A DNA stretch of 64,000 nt from Cyanobacteriota bacterium (lineage in GTDB: Bacteria > Cyanobacteriota > Cyanobacteriia > Cyanobacteriales > Nostocaceae): NCBI GenBank assembly GCA_046045965.1, contig JBJOKS010000007.1, positions 112,307 through 176,306 on the forward strand. Reading direction: 5' to 3'. The notes beneath the pieces are model-generated. The model had not been told where the DNA came from. It did not search any database and saw only the letters and a program-made list of their open reading frames with translations. A program made the position numbers and the translations under genes. Shown here piece after piece: positions 43,030 to 53,023 of this stretch (positions are counted from its first letter, which is position 1; every line of letters starts with the position of its first letter).

Positions 43030-43458
43030 TTAACCCGTACTTTTTCCATCTAGACCTTTTTTAACCCAACTTAAACATTCATTAGGTGAAGAAAATAATT
43101 TGGGTGCGGCAATATTAGTTAATGAGTCTGGTTTGTAATGGTCATAATAACATTTACCATTTTTTTGATAAACAATAATCAAATTATGACGATAAACGTA
43201 GCGTGATTTAAAAAAATCATCTTGACTAACAAATTCTGTATTTACATCAATATGTTCTTTAGCTATATCAATAATATTGATAATACTATTACCATAGATT
43301 GTTGCTGGATTTTCTGAAGCATGAAAACTGCTTTTATGTCCAATTTCTGCCAATAACTTGTAAGAATAAATCTCATAATTATCGAACTTACCAAAAACAA
43401 AAGGAATAATTAGATATCCTTGATATGAGACAGAATTTTCATAAAGAAAACGATTCAT
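43030..43458 (-). CDS. Hypothetical protein
   Basis: 142-aa ORF. Confidence 0.75.
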   Translation of the reverse strand: MNRFLYENSVSYQGYLIIPFVFGKFDNYEIYSYKLLAEIGHKSSFHASENPATIYGNSIINIIDIAKEHIDVNTEFVSQDDFFKSRYVYRHNLIIVYQKNGKCYYDHYKPDSLTNIAAPKLFSSPNECLSWVKKGLDGKSTG

Positions 43459-43508
43459 GGAAATTTCCTGAGAAATTAATGATTTTCAAAAAATCATAGT
43501 TTAAATTA

Positions 43509-44360
43509 TTACCATAAACTAAGTTGTTCAGACTGACTCAAATTATTCCAAGGTAGAGGAGGAACTTCTAAAGCATTTTCTTCTAATAACTTTTGAAAAT
43601 AACGAGCATTATTAGGAGACATATCTTCCGTAGGACAATGCACAAAGAAATAAATTTTTATTCCTGCTTTTAACCACTGCTGAATCTGCGTTACCCATTC
43701 TGCCATAAATGGTTGATTTATTGATAACTGCGGATGAGAAATAAAGCGAATTAAAGTAAAAGGTGCTGTCACACTGAACTGAACAGGTAATTGCGGTTTA
43801 CGGCGTTCTGATGCTAATTGTGGATCATCTTCTCCAGTATAAACAGGGCGAGTATCTAACAAAACCCTACCAACCCCTAAATTTGCTAACAAGGTTGTTA
43901 AATTACTCAGATGGGGTTCTTGAAACCAGTCACCATGTCTCACCTCTAATGCTAAAGGTACATCTTGACGTGGCCATGCTTCCAGAAAAGCCCGCAAATC
44001 ATCAAGTAAAGCAGGTGAGTAACTGGGTGGTAGTTGGGCAAACATTGGACCCAAATGCTTACCTAATGGCCGCATCCTCTCTAAAAATGCTAAAGCGTCA
44101 GGAATATGAGGTTGGAGTAATTTTTGATGGGTAATATCTCGCGGTAACTTTAAGCAAAATTCAAAGCCTGGAGGTGTTTCTGTCGCCCAACGGGTAACGG
44201 TTTCTGCATTAGGTACAGCGTAAAAAGTGGTGTTACCTTCTACCGTGGTGAAGCGACGACTGTAAAGACGTAGGAAGTCCGTGGTGCGAGTTCCTGGGGG
44301 ATAGAGTTCGCCCACCCAACCTTTATATGCCCAAACTGCACAACCGATATAAAAGTTCAC
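43509..44360 (-). CDS. DUF72 family protein
   Basis: IGCAVW.Y..W, VEGNTTFYA.P, QLPPSY, LEVRH. Confidence 0.9.
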   Translation of the reverse strand: MNFYIGCAVWAYKGWVGELYPPGTRTTDFLRLYSRRFTTVEGNTTFYAVPNAETVTRWATETPPGFEFCLKLPRDITHQKLLQPHIPDALAFLERMRPLGKHLGPMFAQLPPSYSPALLDDLRAFLEAWPRQDVPLALEVRHGDWFQEPHLSNLTTLLANLGVGRVLLDTRPVYTGEDDPQLASERRKPQLPVQFSVTAPFTLIRFISHPQLSINQPFMAEWVTQIQQWLKAGIKIYFFVHCPTEDMSPNNARYFQKLLEENALEVPPLPWNNLSQSEQLSLW

Positions 44361-44472
44361 AAAATCAAATGCTTTGGTATATCTTCATCTCTGATTCCTC
44401 AATTGTACAAGTAGCTATGATTAATTCCTGCCACTGCCTGCTAGGATTGTATCAAGATTATATAATTATAAA

Positions 44473-44500
44473 TACCAAATAAATTGGTAGGCTTTTGGTA
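44473..44500. promoter_or_regulatory. Candidate operator: TACCAA-N5-TTGGTA plus an extra TTGGTA half-site
   Basis: Inverted repeat immediately upstream of the RHH-TOBE gene. Confidence 0.4.
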
Positions 44501-44505
44501 AACTT

Positions 44506-44940
44506 ATGCCAAGAAAAGAACAAGGTTGGGTGACATTTCAAACATCAGAAGACGAACGAAAGATTTTAGAAGAGTTCTGTCAGCACTCTCAGCGCACTAA
44601 AACTGAGATTTTGCGGGAATTAGTTCGTAGTCTCCATAAATACTCTTCAGCAGAAAAATCACTACCAACCCCCCAGGAGAAAGCGGAAACTCACACTCCT
44701 GAGATGGAAATTATTAGTCAAAAAAAACCATTAAAAGTTAGTTCGCGCAATGTCTTAAAGGGTGTTGTTAAACGAGTGACTACAGGAACTGTTAATACTG
44801 AAGTGACTTTAGAAATTGTTCACAAAGTTGAGTTAACTTCAATAATTACCAGGGTATCCGCAGAAGAATTAGAATTATTTGAAGGAACAGAAGCTTATGC
44901 TGTGATTAAATCAAATGATATTGTCATTGCTAAAGATTAG
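44506..44940 (+). CDS. RHH-like DNA-binding domain plus TOBE/Mop molybdate-binding domain
   Basis: RTKTEILRELVR, then SSRNVLKG...TSIIT..S.EEL.L..G..AYAVIKS. Confidence 0.88.
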   Translation: MPRKEQGWVTFQTSEDERKILEEFCQHSQRTKTEILRELVRSLHKYSSAEKSLPTPQEKAETHTPEMEIISQKKPLKVSSRNVLKGVVKRVTTGTVNTEVTLEIVHKVELTSIITRVSAEELELFEGTEAYAVIKSNDIVIAKD

Positions 44941-45073
44941 AGAAAGATGCAGATAAACATCCGCTCACGAAAATTCTTGAAAATGGATAAATAAGCTCAT
45001 CCAAATTAGTCGGTTTTAACCGACTTTAGCTATTAGACAGGGAATTGATTCCCTGGCTAAACTTAATGTTAGT

Positions 45074-45355
45074 CTAAGCTTCCACTTTCACACCTTTCCA
45101 AAAGCCAATATAACCTTCAATGTTTTTAGCTTTCTCTTTGGTGTTGGGATAGTACCAAGCTGCATCTTTGTTGACTTGTCCATCTACTTCGATACTGTAG
45201 TAACTAGCAACTCCTTTCCAAAAACAGGTTGTATGAGTATCACTATCCTTAAAATACTGTTTGTTAATGGTTTCTGGAGGGAAGTAATGATTTCCTTCTA
45301 CGACTACGGTTTTGTCGCTTTCGGCTAAAATAGCGCCATTCCAAGTTGCTTTCAT
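45074..45355 (-). CDS. DUF427 family protein
   Basis: VEGNHYFP, C.WKGVASYY, AAWYYP. Confidence 0.9.
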   Translation of the reverse strand: MKATWNGAILAESDKTVVVEGNHYFPPETINKQYFKDSDTHTTCFWKGVASYYSIEVDGQVNKDAAWYYPNTKEKAKNIEGYIGFWKGVKVEA

Positions 45356-45653
45356 AGTGAGGATTGAAAAGAAAGTTAACAATTATTGTTATACCAATAT
45401 ATCGGGAAATTTTCATAATTATTATAAATCATGGTGGTTTTCCTAGAGTTACCCCAACCTAATAGCTATGATTCAGATTCATTATATAAGCATAATGCAG
45501 GATGAATCAAAGCCAGCATCTCGCCTTTTGAAGTATCCTCAACTTTAAAAAAGCTGTAAATATTTAAATCTTTAGCAAAATTAAAAAAATGCTAATTCTT
45601 GGGTCATAGTTATTTCCTATAATTGCTCATTGGTGATAAAATCTTTATTCTCA

Positions 45654-45770
45654 TCCTGTACATCCTAAAATCCTGGAAATTCTGATTCTGACAATTTCAT
45701 CTTCATCCTATATCATCCTTAAATCCTGGAAATACTGATATGGCTTGCGCCACGCTATCAGACAATTTCC
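45654..45770. repeat. Two copies of the ATCCTG-rich dispersed repeat, the second with an 18-bp insertion; a related copy lies at about 12000-12043
   Basis: aatcctggaaattctgattctgacaatttc versus aatcctggaaatactgat[atggcttgcgccacgcta]tcagacaatttc. Confidence 0.7.
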
Positions 45771-45886
45771 CTTCATCCCTGTTTATAATTATAAACACTA
45801 TTCCCTGTTCCTATTTCCCAACATGAGTTAAAATCCTGATATCTTCATAACTACCCATACAGGCATCACCCGCACAGCTATTTACC

Positions 45887-48064
45887 ATGCTTCAGTATCC
45901 CCACCTTGAAAAATACTTAAAACATCACTTTGGTTATGACCAATTTCGCCCCGGACAACGGCAAATTATCGAAGATGCGCTGCAAAATCGGGATTTAATG
46001 GTAGTAATGCCTACGGGTGGAGGTAAATCTTTATGCTTTCAATTACCTGCACTTTTAAAACCAGGTCTAACTGTGGTAGTTTCACCATTGATAGCATTGA
46101 TGCAAGACCAAGTGGAAGCACTGCGAACTAATAATATTTCTGCCACTTTTCTGAATAGTAGTCTCAATACTTATAAAGTTCGCTCTCGTGAAGAAGCGAT
46201 TATGAATGGTAAAATTAAATTACTTTATGTTGCGCCAGAACGCCTTGTTAGTGATAGATTTTTGCCGCTTTTAGATGTAGTTAAAGAAAAAATAGGTATT
46301 GCTAATTTTGCTATTGATGAAGCTCATTGTGTTTCGGAATGGGGACATGATTTTCGTCCTGAATATCGTCAGTTAATTTTACTCAGAAAACGTTATCCCC
46401 AAGTCCCTACTACAGCCCTCACTGCTACCGCTACAGACCGGGTGAGGGCTGATATTATTCAACAATTAGGATTAAAACAACCGAGTATTCACATTGCCAG
46501 TTTTAACCGTCAAAATCTTTATTATGAAGTGCGTCCTAAAAGCAGTCGCTCTTATGCTGAAATATTAGAAATAGTTAGAGAAAATGAAGGTTCAGGAATT
46601 ATTTATTGTTTAACTAGAAAAAAGGTTGATGAACTAACTTTTAAATTGCAAAAAGATAAAGTTGCTGCTTTACCTTATCATGCAGGACTAAGTGATGATG
46701 AAAGATCCAAAAATCAAACTCGATTTATTCGGGATGATGTGCGAATAATGGTAGCGACTATTGCTTTTGGTATGGGTATTAATAAGCCAGATGTGCGGTT
46801 TGTAATTCATTCAGATTTACCTCGAAATTTAGAAAGTTATTATCAAGAATCAGGTCGTGCTGGTAGGGATGATGAACCTTCACGATGTACTTTATTTTTT
46901 AGTTTTGGTGATGTGAAAACTATTGAGTGGAGTATTAATCAAAAAACCGATCCGCAAGAACAATTAATAGCTAAACAGCAACTACGTCAAGTCATAGATT
47001 ATGCTGAAGGAACAGACTGTAGACGCACAATTCAATTAGGTTATTTTGGGGAAAGATTTCCTGGGAATTGTGGAAATTGTGATAATTGTCGTTATCCCAA
47101 ACCTGTGCAAGATTGGACAATTGAAGCGATGAAGTTTTTATCTTGTGTGGCCAGGTGTAAAGAAAGATATGGAATGTTGTATATTATTGATGTGTTGCGA
47201 GGTGGGAAAAATCAAAAAATTATTCTCAATAAACATGATCAATTATCCACTTATGGAATAGGTAAAGATAGAACATTAGATGAATGGCGAATGTTAGGAA
47301 GATCGCTCTTACATCAAGGTTTATTAGAACAAAGTAATGATGGTTACTCAGTTTTAAAACTTAATGCTTTGAGTTGGGAAGTAATGCGAAAACAGCGTAA
47401 CGTTTCTATTGCTGTTCCTGTTGCTCAAAAAATTACTGTAGAAGATGGAAATGCTAAAGCTGCGGAAGTAGAAGTTCTCATGCAAAAATTGCGATCGCTC
47501 CGTAAACAACTAGCTGATGAACAAGCTGTTCCCCCTTATGTCATATTTCATGATTCTACCCTAAAATTAATGGCGCAAGTACAACCAAAAACCTTACATG
47601 AATTTGGTGAACTTTCTGGCGTAGGTAGTCACAAATTAGCCCAATACGGTGATAGATTCTTAGCAGAAATTCAAGCCTATTGTCAACAACAATCTTTACA
47701 AATTCCCAAAAATAATCAAGTTTATCACTCAGCATCTGAACACTACCCATCTGATACAGAATCAACCACATTAGAATTATATCAACAAGGTTTTAGTATT
47801 CAAGAAATTGCCGAAAAACGCAACGTTAAAACCTCGACAGTTATTAAACATTTAACAGATTTAATTGAAAAAAATCAACCTATAGATTTAAATTTATTAG
47901 TACCTTTAGATAGGCAAAAAAAAATCTGGCAAGTCATAGATGTGCTTGGTGATATCAACTTAACACCCATTCGAGAATATTTAGGTGAAAGTTATAGTTT
48001 CGATGAAATTCGTTTAGTTAGAGCCAGATGGCGACGGGAAAAACGCAAAACTGAGTTATCTTGA
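45887..48064 (+). CDS. recQ: ATP-dependent DNA helicase RecQ
   Basis: MPTGGGKSLC, DEAHCVSEWGHDFRP, QESGRAGRD, Zn-binding cysteines, RQC and HRDC domains. Confidence 0.96.
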   Translation: MLQYPHLEKYLKHHFGYDQFRPGQRQIIEDALQNRDLMVVMPTGGGKSLCFQLPALLKPGLTVVVSPLIALMQDQVEALRTNNISATFLNSSLNTYKVRSREEAIMNGKIKLLYVAPERLVSDRFLPLLDVVKEKIGIANFAIDEAHCVSEWGHDFRPEYRQLILLRKRYPQVPTTALTATATDRVRADIIQQLGLKQPSIHIASFNRQNLYYEVRPKSSRSYAEILEIVRENEGSGIIYCLTRKKVDELTFKLQKDKVAALPYHAGLSDDERSKNQTRFIRDDVRIMVATIAFGMGINKPDVRFVIHSDLPRNLESYYQESGRAGRDDEPSRCTLFFSFGDVKTIEWSINQKTDPQEQLIAKQQLRQVIDYAEGTDCRRTIQLGYFGERFPGNCGNCDNCRYPKPVQDWTIEAMKFLSCVARCKERYGMLYIIDVLRGGKNQKIILNKHDQLSTYGIGKDRTLDEWRMLGRSLLHQGLLEQSNDGYSVLKLNALSWEVMRKQRNVSIAVPVAQKITVEDGNAKAAEVEVLMQKLRSLRKQLADEQAVPPYVIFHDSTLKLMAQVQPKTLHEFGELSGVGSHKLAQYGDRFLAEIQAYCQQQSLQIPKNNQVYHSASEHYPSDTESTTLELYQQGFSIQEIAEKRNVKTSTVIKHLTDLIEKNQPIDLNLLVPLDRQKKIWQVIDVLGDINLTPIREYLGESYSFDEIRLVRARWRREKRKTELS

Positions 48065-48158
48065 CTCCCTTGTTCCCTTTCCCCTCTATATCCCCGCTAT
48101 GCCAGCAGGGACTATATTAGTGTCAAGACTTCCCGGAAAAAGTAAAAAATTGAGTCAT

Positions 48159-48413
48159 TTATTCTCCAAAATGAGGAGAACACTGGGAACAAAACTGAGG
48201 GCTAAATTTACAAAATTGGCTCCCAGTGATTGGGTAAACTGTACAATAGGGAAAACTCGTAATAGACCGATTGGTTGTATTCAAACTACAATCTATGAAA
48301 GACGGTTTAGGTTGTTTAGTTTGGCACGATAACAGCATAGATAGAAACTTGGGAAAAGCTAGACAAGAAAAAGCACTGATGACGCTAATTAATACTGCAT
48401 CAATTAAACCCAT
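48159..48413 (-). CDS. Small hypothetical membrane-anchored protein
   Basis: ATG with GGGGTG upstream; hydrophobic N-terminus and Cys-rich tail. Confidence 0.5.
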   Translation of the reverse strand: MGLIDAVLISVISAFSCLAFPKFLSMLLSCQTKQPKPSFIDCSLNTTNRSITSFPYCTVYPITGSQFCKFSPQFCSQCSPHFGE

Positions 48414-48740
48414 GAGTAATCACCCCCTTGAAAAATTAAGCCTTAAGAATTCATAATTCCTAATCAAATAATGTAGAGCAACCTGATGTTTTTGACTTCG
48501 GCCATGAAGTGTTAAAGAATTACAAATTACAAATTATTTGGTTATTGGGTAACGGACACAGTAAAATACATGGAACCATGCACAGCCCAAACCATAGCAT
48601 TGAATCTATATAAATGTAGTTTAGCATAAAGTTTTGTTAATAGAACTGTTGAAGTTGTGTTAGTGTCATATGCAGTCAGGAAAACAAATATTAAATACTG
48701 TTATTAAAAAAACAACAAATTTACTAATTAACTAAGTGCT

Positions 48741-50741
48741 ATGTCAAAAATACAACCACCATCTTCTTTGTTATCTAACGTTACTGAGCGAGAATACCGA
48801 GCATTACAAAGTTTGGTAGATTACACAAATGTGGAGTCGCTGCCAGAAATATGGCCTTTAGCTGCCAGAAAATTTGGTAATACCGTTGCTCTCCATAACC
48901 CCCATGTTAAACCAGAAGTAAAAATTACCTATTCTCAGCTATCAATGCAAATTCAACGATTTGCAGCGGGATTGCAGATATTAGGCGTAAATATGGGCGA
49001 TGATGAAACGTCTAATTACGGTGAACGCATTTCCCTGATAGCAGATAACAGTCCGCGCTGGTTTATTGCCGATCAAGGGATCATGACTGCTGGAGCAGTG
49101 AACGCAGTCCGTAGCGCCCAAGCTGAAAGGGAAGAATTACTGTTTATTATTGCCAATAGTGGCAGTAAGACGCTGGTAGTCGAAGATATCAAGACATTTA
49201 AAAAATTAGAAACAGGTTTACAAGACCTACCCATTAAACTGGTAGTGTTGCTGTCTGACGAAACACCACCCACAGCAGAAAATTATCAAGTGGTGAACTT
49301 TACCCAATTACTAGACATTGGCAGCAACCAAACTTTAGTAGCAAATAAACCAAGCGGCGATACCTTAGCCACCTTAATTTATACTTCTGGGACTACAGGT
49401 AAACCTAAAGGTGTTATGCTTTCTCATAAAAACTTGCTGCACCAAGTCAAAACCTTGGGAACAATAGTACAACCCCAAGCAGGAGATATTGTTCTGAGTA
49501 TTCTGCCGACATGGCATAGTTATGAACGTAGTGGAGAGTATTTTTTACTTTCTCAAGGTTGCACCCAAATTTACACAAATTTACGCTCAGTCAAAGAAGA
49601 TTTAAAGGAATTTAAGCCAAATTTCATGATTGCTGTACCCCGCTTGTGGGAATCAATTTATGAAGGAGTACAAAAGCAATTCCGCAGCCAACCAGCCAAT
49701 AAACAAAAGCTGATTAAATTTTTACTGGACATGAGCCAGAAATATATCACAGCGCGGCGCATTGCCCAGGGATTGAGTTTAGATCACGTTAATGCCTCAG
49801 ATATGGAGCGAATAGGGGCGAAAATAGTAGAATTAGGCTTGTCGCCGTTTCAAGCACTGGGAGAAAAATTAGTTTATGCCAAAGTGCGAGAAGCCACAGG
49901 TGGCAAAATTAAGCAAGTCATTAGCGGTGGTGGGGCGCTACCGCGACACATAGATAACTTCTTTGAAATTATTGGGGTTGAGATTTTACAAGGCTATGGT
50001 TTGACGGAAACCTCACCAGTAACAAACGCCCGTCGTCCGTGGCGAAATTTGCGTGGTTCATCTGGGCAACCAATTCCGGGAACAGAAGTGAAAATAGTTG
50101 ATCCAGAAACTCGTCAGCCCCTACCAGCGGGACAGCGTGGTTTAGTGCTGCTCAAAGGACCACAAATCATGCAAGGCTATTACCAAAATCCCGAAGCGAC
50201 AAAAAAAGTCATAGACGCTGAAGGTTGGTTTGATAGCGGTGATCTGGGTTGGGTGACACCCCAAAACGACTTGGTGCTAACTGGTAGGGCTAAAGATACA
50301 ATTGTCTTGACCAACGGGGAAAATATTGAACCGCAACCGATAGAAGATGCTTGTTTGCGATCGCCATACATTGATCAAATTATGCTGGTAGGACAAGATG
50401 AGCGCAGCATCGGGGCTTTAATAGTTCCCAACCTAGAAGCCTTAGAAAAATGGGCAGAAAGTCAGAATCTAAATTTAAGTACCCCGGAGCAAAATCCTGC
50501 CACAAGCAGTCAAAAAATTGACTTAGAGAGTAAAATAATCCAGGATTTATATCGGCAAGAATTAAATCGGGAAGTAAAAAACCGTCCTGGTTATCGAGCC
50601 GATGACCGCATTGGACCATTCAAACTAATTCAAGAACCCTTTTCCATCGAAAATGGCATGATGACACAAACCTTAAAAATTCGTCGTCACGTCGTCATGG
50701 AACAGTATCGCGATATTATTGACGGAATGTTTGCCAAATAA
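48741..50741 (+). CDS. aas: Long-chain acyl-ACP synthetase / fatty-acid ligase
   Basis: YTSGTTGKPKG, GYGLTET, GDLG, GRAKDTIVL.NGENIEP; typical aas-ylqD-pdhC order. Confidence 0.88.
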   Translation: MSKIQPPSSLLSNVTEREYRALQSLVDYTNVESLPEIWPLAARKFGNTVALHNPHVKPEVKITYSQLSMQIQRFAAGLQILGVNMGDDETSNYGERISLIADNSPRWFIADQGIMTAGAVNAVRSAQAEREELLFIIANSGSKTLVVEDIKTFKKLETGLQDLPIKLVVLLSDETPPTAENYQVVNFTQLLDIGSNQTLVANKPSGDTLATLIYTSGTTGKPKGVMLSHKNLLHQVKTLGTIVQPQAGDIVLSILPTWHSYERSGEYFLLSQGCTQIYTNLRSVKEDLKEFKPNFMIAVPRLWESIYEGVQKQFRSQPANKQKLIKFLLDMSQKYITARRIAQGLSLDHVNASDMERIGAKIVELGLSPFQALGEKLVYAKVREATGGKIKQVISGGGALPRHIDNFFEIIGVEILQGYGLTETSPVTNARRPWRNLRGSSGQPIPGTEVKIVDPETRQPLPAGQRGLVLLKGPQIMQGYYQNPEATKKVIDAEGWFDSGDLGWVTPQNDLVLTGRAKDTIVLTNGENIEPQPIEDACLRSPYIDQIMLVGQDERSIGALIVPNLEALEKWAESQNLNLSTPEQNPATSSQKIDLESKIIQDLYRQELNREVKNRPGYRADDRIGPFKLIQEPFSIENGMMTQTLKIRRHVVMEQYRDIIDGMFAK

Positions 50742-50779
50742 CTCCACTTGCAAACTATCAGAGTGAACGTAAAATTTTT

Positions 50780-51229
50780 ATGGATGTATCCAACCCTCAA
50801 TTGCTTTTAAAGCGCGTCGTTAACGTCAAAGTTATTGTTACTCCTCTTTGGAAAGATGAAGTACAACAACAACTACAAGCTCAAATCAATCAACTAGATC
50901 AACAGCTGCAACAGCTAGACATCGAAGGACAAAGAGCAATAACCGCCATTCAAAAACAGAGTTTACAACCACCAGGACCCCAAACCCTGCAACAAATTGA
51001 TAATATCCAACTTCAGGTTAATCAAAAGAAAAGTGAACTGCTAGAGCAAAAAAATCAACTACTACAAAACCTTCAGCAAGTGCAGTATCTGGAGTTAGAT
51101 CAAGAAGTCAACCAATTTCAAATGGAAGGCTTTTTCCGGGTAGAAACCGGTGATAACTTGATTAGCAAAATGCAAGTTGAAATTGTTCTACGTGATGGCG
51201 TTGTCGAAGAGATCCGTGGCGATGTTTAA
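50780..51229 (+). CDS. YlqD family protein
   Basis: KR.V.VK.IVTP.WK, coiled coil, GDNL..KM. Confidence 0.85.
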   Translation: MDVSNPQLLLKRVVNVKVIVTPLWKDEVQQQLQAQINQLDQQLQQLDIEGQRAITAIQKQSLQPPGPQTLQQIDNIQLQVNQKKSELLEQKNQLLQNLQQVQYLELDQEVNQFQMEGFFRVETGDNLISKMQVEIVLRDGVVEEIRGDV

Positions 51230-51267
51230 AGATGTTTAAAATTTAAAGGGAACAGGGGAGTCAGGAG

Positions 51268-51426
51268 GCAGAAGAAGCAGGGGAAGCAGGGGAAGCAGGG
51301 GAAGCAGGGGAAGCATGGGAAGCAGGGGAAGCATGGGAAGCAGGGGAAGCATGGGAAGAAAAGATTTTTACCCAGTCACCAGTCACCAGTCCCCAGTCCC
51401 CAGTCCCCAGTCCCCAGTCCCCAGTC
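51268..51426. repeat. (GGGGAAGCA)n and STRR1 (CCCCAGT)n tandem repeats
   Basis: Arrays visible directly. Confidence 0.9.
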
Positions 51427-51515
51427 ATTTGCTCTAAAATCCTCGTAGCAAGATACAATTCGATCTGGCAACAGCTGTTAAAGTCCATAAAATTATTGAT
51501 TCTGAAACCACCATT

Positions 51516-52817
51516 ATGAGCATTCATGAAGTATTTATGCCGGCGCTAAGTTCCACCATGACGGAGGGAAAAATAGTCTCTTGGGTGAAGTCGCCAGGGG
51601 ATAAAGTGGAAAAAGGCGAAACAGTGGTGGTTGTCGAGTCAGATAAGGCTGATATGGATGTGGAATCTTTCTATGAGGGATTTCTTGCCCATATCATAGT
51701 TCCTGCTGGTGAAACTGCTCCCATTGGCGCTGCGATCGCTTACGTTGCAGAAACAGAAGCAGAAATAGAAACCGCTAAAGCTATGGCTGGTGGTGGAAGT
51801 GCTGTAGCTGAACCCGTATCCGCACCCGTACCTGTGGCCGCAGCCGTAGCCGCACCTACTACAGCCTCTCAAAATGGCTCTAACCATCGGGAAGATAGGC
51901 TGATAGCTTCACCCCGCGCTCGTAAGTTGGCTAAAGAACTCAGAGTTGATTTAAATAGCCTCAAAGGTAGTGGTCCCTACGGTCGTATCGTCGCCGAAGA
52001 TGTAGAAACTGCTGTTGGTAAAGTTCAGCAACCTACTACCCCTGCTATTACCCCCACTCAACCTGCACCACCTGTACCCGTGGCCGCACCACCAGCACCA
52101 GCAAAACCAGCACCCGCACCCGCCCCAGTTGTTACTGCCGTTCCTGGTCAAGTAGTACCATTAACTACTCTGCAAAATGCGGTGGTACGCAATATGATGG
52201 CCAGCCTATCTGTACCTATATTCCATGTGGGTTACACAATTAGCACTGATGGATTAGATAAACTTTACAAACAAATTAAATCCAAAGGCGTAACCATGAC
52301 GGCGCTATTAGCGAAAGCTGTAGCGGTGACATTACAAAAACATCCATTACTCAATGCCAGCTATTCAGATCAAGGAATTGTACATCATTCCAATATCAAT
52401 ATTTCCGTAGCAGTAGCAATGGATGATGGCGGTTTAATTACTCCCGTGTTACAGAAAGCGGATCAATTAGATATCTATTCTCTATCTCGCAATTGGAAAT
52501 CTTTGGTAGAAAAAGCCAGAGCTAAACAACTACAACCAGAGGAATATAGCACTGGTACATTTACCCTGTCTAATTTGGGGATGTTTGGTGTAGATACATT
52601 TGATGCGATTTTACCACCAGGACAAGGTTCAATTTTAGCGATCGCTGCTGCTCGTCCCCAAGTTGTAGCTACCCCAGATGGTTTATTTGGTGTGCGTCAA
52701 CAAATGAAAGTTAACATCACCTGTGACCATCGTATTATTTACGGCGCTCATGCAGCCGCATTCTTACAAGATTTAGCAAAATTGATTGAAACCAACCCTC
52801 AATCTTTGACACTGTAA
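51516..52817 (+). CDS. pdhC: Pyruvate dehydrogenase E2, dihydrolipoamide acetyltransferase
   Basis: ESDKADM lipoyl site, ASPRARKLA E3-binding domain, DHRIIYG. Confidence 0.96.
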   Translation: MSIHEVFMPALSSTMTEGKIVSWVKSPGDKVEKGETVVVVESDKADMDVESFYEGFLAHIIVPAGETAPIGAAIAYVAETEAEIETAKAMAGGGSAVAEPVSAPVPVAAAVAAPTTASQNGSNHREDRLIASPRARKLAKELRVDLNSLKGSGPYGRIVAEDVETAVGKVQQPTTPAITPTQPAPPVPVAAPPAPAKPAPAPAPVVTAVPGQVVPLTTLQNAVVRNMMASLSVPIFHVGYTISTDGLDKLYKQIKSKGVTMTALLAKAVAVTLQKHPLLNASYSDQGIVHHSNINISVAVAMDDGGLITPVLQKADQLDIYSLSRNWKSLVEKARAKQLQPEEYSTGTFTLSNLGMFGVDTFDAILPPGQGSILAIAAARPQVVATPDGLFGVRQQMKVNITCDHRIIYGAHAAAFLQDLAKLIETNPQSLTL

Positions 52818-52853
52818 GCAAAAACTTTAAAAACTAATAAATCTTAATTTCAG

Positions 52854-52885
52854 ACTTGGAGTTTTTTTAAATTCCAAGTTTTTTT
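52854..52885 (+). terminator. Intrinsic terminator after pdhC
   Basis: acttgga...tccaagt stem followed by a T tract. Confidence 0.6.
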
Positions 52886-53023
52886 ATACAAAAGGACATA
52901 GATCCCCGATTTCTTTTAGAAGTTGGGGATCTGCGTATCGCTATGTAGATGTTAACTGTTATCAATTCAAGTTACTCTGAAAGTGAGTGACATCAGTTGG
53001 TAAAAAAAATCAAACAAAAAAAT

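Noticed and set aside
51261..51527. 88-aa ORF with GDWGL and ASP repeats
   Set aside because: It is a translation of STRR1 and GGGGAAGCA arrays.
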